A DNA stretch of 64,000 nucleotides from Candidatus Fraserbacteria bacterium (GCA_947085185.1 CAMTVK010000002.1:128001-192000); one strand, 5' to 3'. Counted from the first letter of the stretch, positions 20,554-29,861 are shown. The notes: generated from the sequence alone by a model not told the origin. Numbers and translations are program-made.

Positions 20554-22962
20554 ATGGCTCCTCATAAACTTGCGCCAGAACAGTTGCGTCGCACGTTTGA
20601 TCCCAAAGAGCTTGGGATCGAATCCACCGAAAATATCCCGCCCCTGGAGGGGATCATCGGGCAGAAGCGCGCTGTGTCAGCGCTTAAGTTTGGGTTAGGG
20701 ATTCAGGAGCTGGGGTTTAATATCTATGTAGCAGGCCCCCCAGGCATCGGCAAGATGACGGCCGTGAAGTCTTTTTTAGAGGAGCTCGCACGCCAGAAAG
20801 AGACCCCCCCAGATTGGTGCTATGTGAACAACTTCGACGATCCCTCTCAGCCCAAGGCCCTGCGCTTGCCCGCCGGCTGGGGAACTCAACTCGCACAAGA
20901 TATCAAAAATCTCGTTGACCATGTGCGACGCGAACTCCCCAAAGTCTTCGAGAGCGAAGAGTACAGCGCCCGGCGCGATGAGATCATGAAAGCGTTCAAT
21001 AAGCAGCGAGAGGCGATCATCAATCGAGTGCAGGAGCGCGCTTCCCAAGCGGGCTTTCTCCTGCAAGCCGCGCCGTTTGGTATCCTCATTCTTCCCGTGT
21101 TGGGCGGCCGCCCCCTCAACGATGCCGAGTTCCAAGCCCTTCCCCAAGCCGCCCGCGAAGACATCCAGCGCCGCCGCGATGCCCTCCAAGAAGACCTCAA
21201 GCTCGCCATGAAAGAGATCCGAACTCTCGAGAAAACTGCCCAAGAAAAACTCCACGAGCTCGATCGCCAAGTCGCCCTCTATATGGTCGGCGGACTTATA
21301 GACGACCTGCGCGACAAGTATCGCAATCTCCCCGATGTCCTAGAGCATCTCCATGCGATGCAGAAAGATATCTTGGAGAACATTGAGCTCTTCAAGGGGG
21401 AGCACAAAGCTGAGGGAGAGGTCCCTCCTTGGGCCAAAGACCTTCCCTTCCGAAAGTATCACGTCAATGTCTTGGTAGACAACAGCAAGCAACATGGAGC
21501 TCCTGTGGTCGTCGAGCTTAACCCAGTCTATCATAATCTCTTCGGGCGCATCGAGAAAGAGACGCAGTTCGGTGCGCTCTACACAGACTTCACCATGATC
21601 AAAGCGGGCTCGCTCCACCGCGCCAACGGAGGGTATTTAGTCCTCCCCATCGAAGACGTCTTGAGAAATTTATTGAGCTGGGACGGGCTCAAGCGCGCCT
21701 TGCGCGGCCGCGAGATCTCCGTCGAGGAGCTCGGGGAGCGCTTGGGGTTCATCGCGACCAAGAGCTTGCGTCCGCAGCCCATCCCTCTCGACGTTAAAGT
21801 GGTGCTGATCGGCTCACCGATCTTTTACTATTTGTTACATGCCTTCGATGAAGAGTTCCCAGAGCTTTTCAAAGTGAAGGCCGACTTCGACACCCGCATG
21901 GATTGCACTTCAGAGAACATCCAAGATTTTCTGAAGTTTCTGGGCACTTTCTGCAAGAAGGAACGTCTGAAGCACTTAGACAACACCGCCGTGGCGAAGC
22001 TCTTAGAGTACGCCTCCCGCTTAGCGGAAGACCAGCAGAAGCTCTCGACACACTTTGGCGCGATCGCCGACATCATTCGTGAGGCTCACTACTGGGCACT
22101 CCAAGAGGGAGCGTCACACATCAGCGCGCGCCACGTGCAGAAAGCGCTCGACGAGAAGGTCTATCGCTCCAATCTCATCCAAGAGAGAATCCAAGAGATG
22201 ATCGCGCGCGGCACGCTGCTCATTGACACCGAAGGGCAAGCCGTGGGGCAAGTCAATGGACTTTCGGTGATCAGTCTGGGAGACTATGTCTTCGGCAAGC
22301 CCAGTCGGATTACGGCGAGCGTCGGGCCAGGACGCGAAGGGATTATAGACATAGAACGCGAGGTCGAGCTGGGTGGCCCCATTCACTCCAAGGGCGTCTT
22401 GATCTTGAGTGGATACTTGGCGCAAAAGTACGCGCAAGACAAGCCCTTGACGCTCACAGCAAAATTAGTCTTCGAGCAGAGCTACGAGGGGGTCGAGGGC
22501 GACAGCGCCTCTTCGACCGAGCTCTATGCGTTGCTGTCGGCGCTGTCGGGAGTGCCCATCAAGCAGGGGATCGCCGTGACAGGGTCGGTCAACCAACACG
22601 GTGAAGTGCAAGCGATTGGGGGGGTCAACGAGAAGATCGAGGGCTTCTTCGACGTCTGCAGAGCCAAAGGGCTGACGGGCGAGCAAGGGGTACTCATCCC
22701 CAAGAGCAACGTGCAGAACTTAATGTTACGCGAGGACGTAGTCGAGGCCATAAGAGCGAAAAAGTTTCACATTTGGGCGGTGAGCACGATTGACGAGGGG
22801 ATCGAGATCTTGACGGGGGTATCGGCGGGGGAGCGTGGGCGCGACGGGAAGTTCCCTGAGGGCACAGTCAATTACTTAGTCGACCGACGGTTGCGGGAGT
22901 TCGCCGAGTGTCTGAAAGAGATCTCTGAAGATACAAAGAGGTCGCGTCGCGCGCGGCGCTAG
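20554..22962 (+). CDS. Lon-like (LonC/S16) protease with AAA-like domain
   Basis: IIGQKRA, GPPGIGK, GSLHRANGGYL, FEQSY, EGDSAS (Ser) and GGVNEKIEGF (Lys) motifs. Confidence 0.92.
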   Translation: MAPHKLAPEQLRRTFDPKELGIESTENIPPLEGIIGQKRAVSALKFGLGIQELGFNIYVAGPPGIGKMTAVKSFLEELARQKETPPDWCYVNNFDDPSQPKALRLPAGWGTQLAQDIKNLVDHVRRELPKVFESEEYSARRDEIMKAFNKQREAIINRVQERASQAGFLLQAAPFGILILPVLGGRPLNDAEFQALPQAAREDIQRRRDALQEDLKLAMKEIRTLEKTAQEKLHELDRQVALYMVGGLIDDLRDKYRNLPDVLEHLHAMQKDILENIELFKGEHKAEGEVPPWAKDLPFRKYHVNVLVDNSKQHGAPVVVELNPVYHNLFGRIEKETQFGALYTDFTMIKAGSLHRANGGYLVLPIEDVLRNLLSWDGLKRALRGREISVEELGERLGFIATKSLRPQPIPLDVKVVLIGSPIFYYLLHAFDEEFPELFKVKADFDTRMDCTSENIQDFLKFLGTFCKKERLKHLDNTAVAKLLEYASRLAEDQQKLSTHFGAIADIIREAHYWALQEGASHISARHVQKALDEKVYRSNLIQERIQEMIARGTLLIDTEGQAVGQVNGLSVISLGDYVFGKPSRITASVGPGREGIIDIEREVELGGPIHSKGVLILSGYLAQKYAQDKPLTLTAKLVFEQSYEGVEGDSASSTELYALLSALSGVPIKQGIAVTGSVNQHGEVQAIGGVNEKIEGFFDVCRAKGLTGEQGVLIPKSNVQNLMLREDVVEAIRAKKFHIWAVSTIDEGIEILTGVSAGERGRDGKFPEGTVNYLVDRRLREFAECLKEISEDTKRSRRARR

Positions 22963-22974
22963 GAGGGAGAGCCT

Positions 22975-23040
22975 ATGCCAAAGATCGTCGTCGTGGGAGG
23001 AAACTTCGAAAGAAACTGGGTATCCGCTCTTGGCAAAGGA
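22975..23040 (+). pseudogene. Remnant N-terminus of an FAD/NAD(P)-dependent oxidoreductase (SQR-like)
   Basis: SD AGGAGG + ATG, MPKIVVVGGNF; no continuation of the fold before the next gene. Confidence 0.5.
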
Positions 23041-23048
23041 GGTCGTCT

Positions 23049-23690
23049 ATGCCGTTGCTCACGGAACAGAACAAGCAGCAGATCCAGAAGGTCTTGCAGC
23101 AGCTCACAAATCCTGTGATCGTTCACTATTTCACTCAAGAGTTCGAGTGCGAGCCCTGTCAAATGACCCACGAACTCTTGAAAGAAGTCACGGCGCTCTC
23201 AGACAAGCTCGCTCTCAAGGTCTATGAGTTCAAGAGCGAGCAGGAGTCCGCACGACGCTTCGGCGTCGATAAAATCCCAGCGATCGTGCTGGAGGGGCAG
23301 AGAGTCTACGGGATTCGATTCTTCGGGGTTCCCGCAGGCTACGAGTTCGGCGCTTTTCTCGAAGATTTAATAGACGTCTCGCGTGGGACGACCCAGCTCT
23401 CACCAGAGACTCAGATGCTGCTCAATACCCTGATCAAGCCCATACACATCCAAGTCTTCGTAACGCCCACCTGCCCCTACTGCCCAGCAGCCGTCAGGAT
23501 GGCACACAAGATGGCGCTCTATAGCGAGAAGATTCAAGCAGACATGGTCTCGGCGCTGGAGTTCCCTTATCTCGCTGATAAATATGACGTCTATGGCGTG
23601 CCCAAAACTGTCGTCAATGACGGAGAAGTACTGTTTGAAGGGGCGCTGCCAGAGCGCGAGTTTGTCGCTCAGGTGCTGCGGGCTGCCTAA
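23049..23690 (+). CDS. Protein disulfide oxidoreductase (two thioredoxin folds)
   Basis: CEPC and CPYC motifs, GVPAGYEF, YGVPKTV. Confidence 0.92.
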   Translation: MPLLTEQNKQQIQKVLQQLTNPVIVHYFTQEFECEPCQMTHELLKEVTALSDKLALKVYEFKSEQESARRFGVDKIPAIVLEGQRVYGIRFFGVPAGYEFGAFLEDLIDVSRGTTQLSPETQMLLNTLIKPIHIQVFVTPTCPYCPAAVRMAHKMALYSEKIQADMVSALEFPYLADKYDVYGVPKTVVNDGEVLFEGALPEREFVAQVLRAA

Positions 23691-23708
23691 GGAGGGATAT
23701 TCTCAAAC

Positions 23709-25070
23709 TTATCTTCGATCCTGGCCATACCCTCTCATGAGTCTCGCTGTTTCATCGTGATCAGGGAGAATGCTCTCCGCGTCACGCACAACTTTGAAGA
23801 GGTAGCCCCCTAAGCTGGTGACTACTCCCAACAGTCCCGCGAGCACGAACATCAGTCCCATGCCCGCTCCTGGACCAATGCCCACCCAGCTGCCAAAGAT
23901 CTGAGCCAATGTGCCGGGAGACCGCATCGCGGGCTCAAAGACGAAGTCTGCCAACGGACCGGCAATCAAAAGCCCCAACGGAGAGGTGATCTGCGCGATC
24001 AGCCGTCGCACCGCGAAGACGCGCCCTTGCACATCAGGGGGAACTTTGCTCTGCCAGATTGCTTGGTTAGAGCCATTGATGATCGGTATAAAAAACGAGG
24101 TGAAGAACGCACCAGCTACCCACAAGGGCAGTGATCGTGCCACGCCCAACACCAGAGTCCCCAACAGGCTCTCCAGCGCCAGCCCTCCCAAGAGCCCATG
24201 CACCCTACGCGCGGGCCCTCCCCAGAGGCTCATTGCTATTCCTCCCATGACTCCACCGACCCCACTGATCGAGAGCACCGTTCCCAAAATCTGGGCGTTG
24301 TTGTCCGTGCGGGCTAAGATCATCGGGCTCAAGACCCCAAAGGCAAACGAACCGAGCAGATTCGTAGCCATCAGAGTGAGCTGCAATCCCAGGAGACTTG
24401 GCCGCCGAAGAATATACGTGAACCCGTAAAGCGACTCCCCCAGGAGCGAGCTGTCCCCGGTGGGCTCAAGAGTAACTTTTGGAGGTTGCGGGATATGCAC
24501 CAACGCGAGGGTCCCGATGGCGAAGAGAAAGGTGATGAGATCAAGAGTCATCACTCCGGCGATGCCAATGGGGCCGATCAGCATTCCCGCCAAGAGCGGC
24601 GCAGCGATGGAGGACGCCGATTCAGCTAATGACATCATGCCATTGGCACGTCCGTAGTGCTTCTTATCAACCATGACGCTGATCGTCGCGGAGTACGCAG
24701 GCCACTGGAACGCTTGAAAAGCGCCGACGACCGCGGCACCTAGATAGAGATGCCAGACCTGCAAATGTCCAGACAGATAGAGCAACAAGACCGCGAGAGT
24801 AGCCAAGCCACTGATAGTGTCGGTGAGGATCATCACGAACTTGCGGCTCCAGCGATCTACTAATGCTCCAGCGATAGGGCTCATGAGCACCGTCGGCCCC
24901 ATGAAGAAGAAGCTCATCAAAGCTAAGGCTGTAGCTGAGCCGGTGGCTTGCCAAGCCCATAGCGTCAGAGAGAAGACGGTCATCCCTGAACCCGTCAGAG
25001 AGACAAGTTGCCCGAACCAAATAATACTGAATCCTAGCATCCCCTTAGGACTTGCTCTCAGAATCTTCAT
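23709..25070 (-). CDS. MFS transporter (macrolide-efflux/DHA3-like)
   Basis: IIWFGQLVSLTGS, GALVDRWSRK and VPPDVQGRVFA motifs; about 12 TM. Confidence 0.92.
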   Translation of the reverse strand: MKILRASPKGMLGFSIIWFGQLVSLTGSGMTVFSLTLWAWQATGSATALALMSFFFMGPTVLMSPIAGALVDRWSRKFVMILTDTISGLATLAVLLLYLSGHLQVWHLYLGAAVVGAFQAFQWPAYSATISVMVDKKHYGRANGMMSLAESASSIAAPLLAGMLIGPIGIAGVMTLDLITFLFAIGTLALVHIPQPPKVTLEPTGDSSLLGESLYGFTYILRRPSLLGLQLTLMATNLLGSFAFGVLSPMILARTDNNAQILGTVLSISGVGGVMGGIAMSLWGGPARRVHGLLGGLALESLLGTLVLGVARSLPLWVAGAFFTSFFIPIINGSNQAIWQSKVPPDVQGRVFAVRRLIAQITSPLGLLIAGPLADFVFEPAMRSPGTLAQIFGSWVGIGPGAGMGLMFVLAGLLGVVTSLGGYLFKVVRDAESILPDHDETARLMRGYGQDRR

Positions 25071-25300
25071 GATGATGCTTGCCGGCGCAGCTCTTCGAGC
25101 TCGCGCTCGACCTCGCGCAGTTCCTCTTCAAGCTCTTTCTTGTATGCTTCTAGGTCGCGCTTGTACTCTTCGAGCATCCTCAGATACTCCTGGCGGCGCG
25201 GGAAGCGCCACGGCTCCCAGAACGCTCGAAAGAACGGGCCGCGCCGAATCCCAATCCCAAAGGGAAAGTCAAAATAGAAGTAGAACCCACGCCGACGCAT
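25067..25300 (-). CDS. Small protein, aromatic/Gly/Arg N-terminus and acidic coiled coil (DUF5320-like)
   Basis: GAGGTG SD; heptad pattern LEEYKRDLEAYKKELEEEL; ATGA overlap with the MFS gene. Confidence 0.75.
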   Translation of the reverse strand: MRRRGFYFYFDFPFGIGIRRGPFFRAFWEPWRFPRRQEYLRMLEEYKRDLEAYKKELEEELREVERELEELRRQASS

Positions 25301-25319
25301 CGGTGATCACCTCACTATT

Positions 25320-26090
25320 TTAGAGTCGCACCTGCTCCTTCACCATGCTCTTTGGGTCTATGTGCACTGACTCTGAGTATTCGACTCGCGCGATGCGACA
25401 CTCCGGCCCAATGGTCACACGTTTGCCGCGCACCGTCTTTGCGACTGCCGCTTCGAGGGAGATCTCATCGGCTTCGATCAGATCAGACACGAGCCTCGGC
25501 TCGCTTCCAAAGAATCTCCTCAGCCAGCCCCAAAACGATTCTCTCTTGCGCACAGTAATACGCTCCCCACCGATCTCTCGCGCCCAAGAGCGCTCGCTTA
25601 GCTCAAGCTCTAACTGATCTGCCGCAAGAAGCCCCGCGACGCGAAAAGCCCCACGGCCACGGAACTCTGACGCTTCGACGTCGCCTCCGGCAGCGAGAAC
25701 CCCGCTGAACTTGGCACGCTGCGCCCGAAGATTTTTTGTGATCTTGATTGTGCCTGCGTTCGAAAACTCTTGCGCGTGGACGCTGCCCTCGACCTTGCCC
25801 GCCCCGGCGGCTTTGAACTGCTCGCTCTGGACGTCGCCGCCAACCTTCCATGCTCCAGCTGCGTCGAACTCTTGCGCCGTCACCGCCCCGACGATCTTGC
25901 ACGCCCCAGCGAGCTCAACTCTGCTCGCTTTGACTTTCCCGACGATCTTCCCCGCGCCGGAGATCTCAACAGACTCGGCTTCGACATCGCCTTCGACCCG
26001 ACCTGCCCCAGAGATCGTGACGCGCTCGTAGAGACCTCCTGTCGCTTTCCCTGCACCCGCAATGGAGAGACTGCCACGCTTGGTCGTCAT
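25320..26090 (-). CDS. Bactofilin-like polymer-forming protein (YhbE/YhbF type)
   Basis: About 17-residue repeats (ISGAGRVEGDVEAESVE); terminal IEADEISLE...VRGKRVTIGPECRIARVEY. Confidence 0.85.
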   Translation of the reverse strand: MTTKRGSLSIAGAGKATGGLYERVTISGAGRVEGDVEAESVEISGAGKIVGKVKASRVELAGACKIVGAVTAQEFDAAGAWKVGGDVQSEQFKAAGAGKVEGSVHAQEFSNAGTIKITKNLRAQRAKFSGVLAAGGDVEASEFRGRGAFRVAGLLAADQLELELSERSWAREIGGERITVRKRESFWGWLRRFFGSEPRLVSDLIEADEISLEAAVAKTVRGKRVTIGPECRIARVEYSESVHIDPKSMVKEQVRL

Positions 26091-26941
26091 GCTCTCTTCT
26101 GCTCCTTCACGTGTGCCCCAGGCACAATCTCTAAATTCTCTGAATACTCGACAGACTCGATCTCGCAGCCCTCGCCGATCTGAACTTTTTTGCCGCGCAC
26201 GACGCGCGCTTTCGTATTCTCTAAGAAGACTTCGTCGCCTTCGATTGTGTCGACTTCTAAATACCCAGAAGATCGCCCGAACGCATAGCCGAAGCCTTCG
26301 CCCACAGCTCTCCCGACTTCCTCGCCGATGCGTCCTAAGTCTTCAAAGACTCCCTCGAGCGTCTCGCCCAGACCTTCCAGGCCACGCCCCAGATGGATCT
26401 CACCATGGCGGGGTTGTCGCCGCCACCCCCAAAACGACCGTCCGCGACGCCGCACTTCGATGCGCGTCCCACCGATCTCTGCGACTTTTCCCTCCCCAAG
26501 CTCGATCTTCACCTCTTCGGCTGAGAGCAGCCCGCCGATCTCCAAGCGCCCACGCGATAAGAATTTTTCGGCCTCGACGTCTGTGCTCACTTTGAGGGAG
26601 CCGGCGCTCGTGATCTCTTGCGCCCGCACCGAGCCCTCGACTGTCTGCGTCCCGGCGATCTTGACTTCGCCCGCGCGCAGCTCGCCGTCGATCGTGCAAG
26701 ACCCCATGGTCTTCACGAGCTCCGCCTCGACATCGCCTGCGACACGGCACGAACCGGCCGTCTTCAATTCTTTCGTTTTGACGTCCCCGTCAATGCGACA
26801 TGACCCGGCCGTCTTGATGAGAGTGGCGTCCACGTCGCCCTCGATCCGGCCCGAGCCCGCCACAGTCACGGTGTCATAGATCCCGCCGCTGATGCGGCCC
26901 GAACCAGCTATGTGCACGTTCGTGCGCTTTTCTTCAGACAT
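26087..26941 (-). CDS. Bactofilin-like polymer-forming protein (YhbE/YhbF type) with helical insertion
   Basis: Repeats TAGSCRIDGDVKTKELK; terminal IEGDEVFLE...VRGKKVQIGEGCEIESVEY. Confidence 0.85.
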   Translation of the reverse strand: MSEEKRTNVHIAGSGRISGGIYDTVTVAGSGRIEGDVDATLIKTAGSCRIDGDVKTKELKTAGSCRVAGDVEAELVKTMGSCTIDGELRAGEVKIAGTQTVEGSVRAQEITSAGSLKVSTDVEAEKFLSRGRLEIGGLLSAEEVKIELGEGKVAEIGGTRIEVRRRGRSFWGWRRQPRHGEIHLGRGLEGLGETLEGVFEDLGRIGEEVGRAVGEGFGYAFGRSSGYLEVDTIEGDEVFLENTKARVVRGKKVQIGEGCEIESVEYSENLEIVPGAHVKEQKRA

Positions 26942-26949
26942 AGCTCCCC

Positions 26950-27294
26950 CTAGCGTCGTGCCTGCCAGAGCCGATAGACTAAATAGACCAACGCCGCGAC
27001 GAAGAGAAAGATGAGCACAGGCGAGCCAGCCAATAGACTCAGAACAAGCCCTACCAAGATGATAGGCAAGAGAATCGGCGCCAGGATCAACAACGGAATC
27101 CCTAAGACCGGCAAGAGCACAATGCCCACGATCCCTAACGCGAGCGCGAGAGCGAAGAGCACGACCCCGCCCACTACAAGCCCTACCGTCAACAAGATAG
27201 GGATCACCAAGATCCCGACAAGCACTACAACGGGAATCGCGATCACCCAGGCCATCCAGCCGCTCGCCTCCCAGTCCCCGATGCGGATCTTCAT
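26950..27294 (-). CDS. Very hydrophobic small membrane protein
   Basis: SD AAGGAGG; almost continuous I/L/V stretch. Confidence 0.8.
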   Translation of the reverse strand: MKIRIGDWEASGWMAWVIAIPVVVLVGILVIPILLTVGLVVGGVVLFALALALGIVGIVLLPVLGIPLLILAPILLPIILVGLVLSLLAGSPVLIFLFVAALVYLVYRLWQARR

Positions 27295-27343
27295 GAGTGC
27301 CTCCTTATTGTATTGCCCCCTCCCTAGGGGAGAGCCGGCAGAT

Positions 27344-28012
27344 TCATAATGCTCCCAACTTCAGTTTGACATCTTCTAGGATCTTATTCAACTCCACCCT
27401 CGCTGCTATGCGCGTTTGGGGGTCGAAGAGACATTCGTCAGAATAGAGCAGACAGAAGCTCAGATGGGGTTTGCGCCCCGTGAGCGCAAAGCTTCCCGGC
27501 AGTTCCTTGCGCACCAGCGCCAAGACCCACCCAAACTCGCGCGCTTGGAGCTTGGCAAAATCGCTCGACAACAACGTCGAGAGGACTAAATTCAGCTCTT
27601 CCGGGTCAAGCTCACAGGTGCGCAGCCTCTCGATCACGGCTAAAAAAATCAGCTCGCGAAAACTAAACGGCCCCGACTCTTTTCTGATCGTCTCATAGTA
27701 TTCTAAGACTTCTGTGCTGAGCCAGCCTAAGCTTCTCATCTCGTCGCGCGTAAAGCGCCGATCCTTCAACTCCGGCGAGAGCAGCTGCGCGATCTCTTCT
27801 AAAGATCTTGTGTCTTTAAGCGCCTTGATCTTCTCGATGCGCTCCAAGATCTTCTGCTTGGGCAAAAACGTCTCTTGCCCGGTGAACGTGGACTTCCGGA
27901 TAAACCACGATTCGGGAATCAAGCCCTCGCGCTTCCACCGATAGAACTGCCCATAAGAGATTCCCGTTAGCTCGAGGACTTCCTTCTTGCTGATCAGCTC
28001 TTCTTCACTCAT
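27344..28012 (-). CDS. YhbD/DUF4004-family protein with MerR-like N-terminal HTH
   Basis: LISKKEVLELTGISYGQFYRWKREGLIPESWFIRKSTFTGQETF; start placed at ATG 28012. Confidence 0.85.
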   Translation of the reverse strand: MSEEELISKKEVLELTGISYGQFYRWKREGLIPESWFIRKSTFTGQETFLPKQKILERIEKIKALKDTRSLEEIAQLLSPELKDRRFTRDEMRSLGWLSTEVLEYYETIRKESGPFSFRELIFLAVIERLRTCELDPEELNLVLSTLLSSDFAKLQAREFGWVLALVRKELPGSFALTGRKPHLSFCLLYSDECLFDPQTRIAARVELNKILEDVKLKLGAL

Positions 28013-28022
28013 GGCTGCGATC

Positions 28023-28041
28023 AGTATAACATAACACTGTT
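28023..28041 (-). promoter_or_regulatory. Extended -10 promoter (TGnTATACT) carrying the shared 15-bp motif AACAGTGTTATGTTA
   Basis: Motif at 28027-28041 is identical to 28309-28323. Confidence 0.65.
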
Positions 28042-28064
28042 TTTTTTTACACAAGCCAAGAGAT

Positions 28065-28274
28065 CTAGAGCTTCCAGCTGAGTCGGCCGTTGATACCGAA
28101 GGTTCGAAGCGCCAAAGCGAGAAACTGCGCCCACGAAGCCCACCCGATAGGTGAGGCTCTCTCCTGCAATTGAGCTTCGTTCAGGCGTCTTCTCACTCCC
28201 TCTTCGCGCCAGGAACGATCGTGCATCTCTTTCGCCGCCATCCCGATCTGAAGCTCATCCAAGATATTGAACAT
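28065..28274 (-). CDS. Small hypothetical protein (69 aa)
   Basis: SD AAGGAGG before ATG 28274; own promoter upstream. Confidence 0.6.
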   Translation of the reverse strand: MFNILDELQIGMAAKEMHDRSWREEGVRRRLNEAQLQERASPIGWASWAQFLALALRTFGINGRLSWKL

Positions 28275-28304
28275 TACCGGCCTCCTTCTGGCTTTGATGG
28301 CGCC

Positions 28305-28334
28305 ATTGTAACATAACACTGTTACGTTTGTCAA
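28305..28334 (-). promoter_or_regulatory. Sigma-70 promoter TTGACA-N18-TACAAT with inverted repeat GTAAC-N8-GTTAC in the spacer/-10
   Basis: Read directly on the minus strand. Confidence 0.75.
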
Positions 28335-28349
28335 GGGGGCGAGCCAAGA

Positions 28350-28616
28350 TCAGCAATGATAGTTACTTTTGAGCATGCGCCCGCGCCTCCTCCAGCCGAG
28401 CCTCACCAAGTCGCTCAGGGCGATATCGTACTCTGCAGCAAGCTCTTGGACTGTCGAAGGGGGCAAGCCCGCCCGCTGCAGCGCGCGCCGATAGCGCCGC
28501 ACTGCCCAGAATTTGCTCCACCAGAGCGTCATTGCCAGCCATCCCAGCTTCAACACTAAGCTCTCCAGCGCCCATACGCCCACGAGGATCGCTCGTATCC
28601 AGCGCCAGACCATCAT
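28350..28616 (-). CDS. Small hypothetical membrane-associated protein (88 aa)
   Basis: ATG 28616 overlaps the upstream stop (ATGA); hydrophobic N-terminus, then RRALQRAGLP...ELAAEY. Confidence 0.65.
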   Translation of the reverse strand: MMVWRWIRAILVGVWALESLVLKLGWLAMTLWWSKFWAVRRYRRALQRAGLPPSTVQELAAEYDIALSDLVRLGWRRRGRMLKSNYHC

Positions 28617-28900
28617 GGTTCCCTCTCTCTTTCGAGGTCTTTCTCCCCAAGCTTGAAGCTTGGCTTGGCCAGATCTTTGAGACTGATCATATAGTTCTTG
28701 GCCATCTCCATGGCTTGCTCTTGAGGGATGCCCTGTTTGATCAGCTCGCTGTAGAACGCCCCAACGGCCTTGCCAAACTGCTCCCCGGCCTCTGCGGAGT
28801 AGACCACGTCTCGCAGCCCCTTGAGGAGCGCTGGGAGCTTGTCGGCGATCTTGTCCAGCAGCTGGGCCACCTCTTCGGGACCCCAGTCTTCCTTGCTCAT
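28613..28900 (-). CDS. Small helical hypothetical protein (95 aa)
   Basis: Operon spacing; amphipathic helices, FYSELIKQGIPQEQAMEM. Confidence 0.8.
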   Translation of the reverse strand: MSKEDWGPEEVAQLLDKIADKLPALLKGLRDVVYSAEAGEQFGKAVGAFYSELIKQGIPQEQAMEMAKNYMISLKDLAKPSFKLGEKDLEREREP

Positions 28901-28906
28901 CGCTGT

Positions 28907-29281
28907 TCACCCCTTTCTGCGCTTCAGTTCCCAACCGGCGATGTCAATCTCCGGCTCGAGCTTCACTCGTCCGCGCTCGTAGAGCACTCCGAGCGAAAAC
29001 CCCAGCGCAAAGATCTGCCAGCTCAGCTGGGCTATCGTATGTCGTTCCTCGGAGCGAATCCGTTCAACCGTCCGAGCGAAAAGTTCTTCTGACGGCTCTG
29101 GAACGCTCTCAACACCTAGAGCGATCAGTTCTTTTATCTGCTGAATCTCTTGGAGCTCGCGCTGGCATCGCTCACACTGAGCGAGATGCGCCTCGACTTT
29201 GGCGCGCTCTTCTTCTGTCAGCGTGTCGTTGGCATACCAGGGCAGAAGCTCTTTTAGCTCTTGAGCACATCGAAATCTCAT
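28907..29281 (-). CDS. Zinc-binding anti-sigma factor (zf-HC2/ZAS)
   Basis: C...ELLPWY...HLAQCERC (HxxxCxxC); directly after the ECF sigma. Confidence 0.9.
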   Translation of the reverse strand: MRFRCAQELKELLPWYANDTLTEEERAKVEAHLAQCERCQRELQEIQQIKELIALGVESVPEPSEELFARTVERIRSEERHTIAQLSWQIFALGFSLGVLYERGRVKLEPEIDIAGWELKRRKG

Positions 29282-29287
29282 AGAGTC

Positions 29288-29827
29288 TCACCCGCCCTCG
29301 CTTAGGAGCTTTTTGAGCTGCTCTTTCGCGTAATAGACGCGGCTCTTCACCGTACCCTCCGGACAGTTCAGGATCTGCGCGATCTTTGCGTACGAGAGAT
29401 CGTGATAAAAAGCGAGCATCATCACTTCGCGGTGCTCCGGAGAGAGTCTTTCCAAAGCGGCTCGCACGCGCTCGATCTGCGTCTGGCGCTGTGTGATCTG
29501 CTCCGGTGTCGCGCGCGCTGATGCTCGTCGGTCAAGCTTTTCTCGCAAAGACTCTGGCTCGCGCTGGCGCCCCCGCACACGATCTAACGCTTTATTTCTC
29601 GCAATCCCCAAGATCCAACTCGAGACTTGGCTTTGCTCTCTATAATTCTTTGCGCCCTTCCACACGGCGATCATCGTCTCCTGGACAACTTCTTCAGCAT
29701 GGGATGGATCATTGAGATACCCAAGAGCGAAGCGAAATATTCTCGGCGCGTAGCAGCGAAAGAGCTTCTCAAACGCGCCTGCGTCGCCTTGAGCGATCTG
29801 GCGAACCCACGCGATCTCATCAGGCAT
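29288..29827 (-). CDS. ECF sigma-70 factor
   Basis: AEEVVQE, SWILGIARN, LSYAKIA and GTVKSRVYYA motifs; 179 aa. Confidence 0.95.
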   Translation of the reverse strand: MPDEIAWVRQIAQGDAGAFEKLFRCYAPRIFRFALGYLNDPSHAEEVVQETMIAVWKGAKNYREQSQVSSWILGIARNKALDRVRGRQREPESLREKLDRRASARATPEQITQRQTQIERVRAALERLSPEHREVMMLAFYHDLSYAKIAQILNCPEGTVKSRVYYAKEQLKKLLSEGG

Positions 29828-29861
29828 CCGTATGCTCCACCTGTGATTCTAGCACCGGTGA

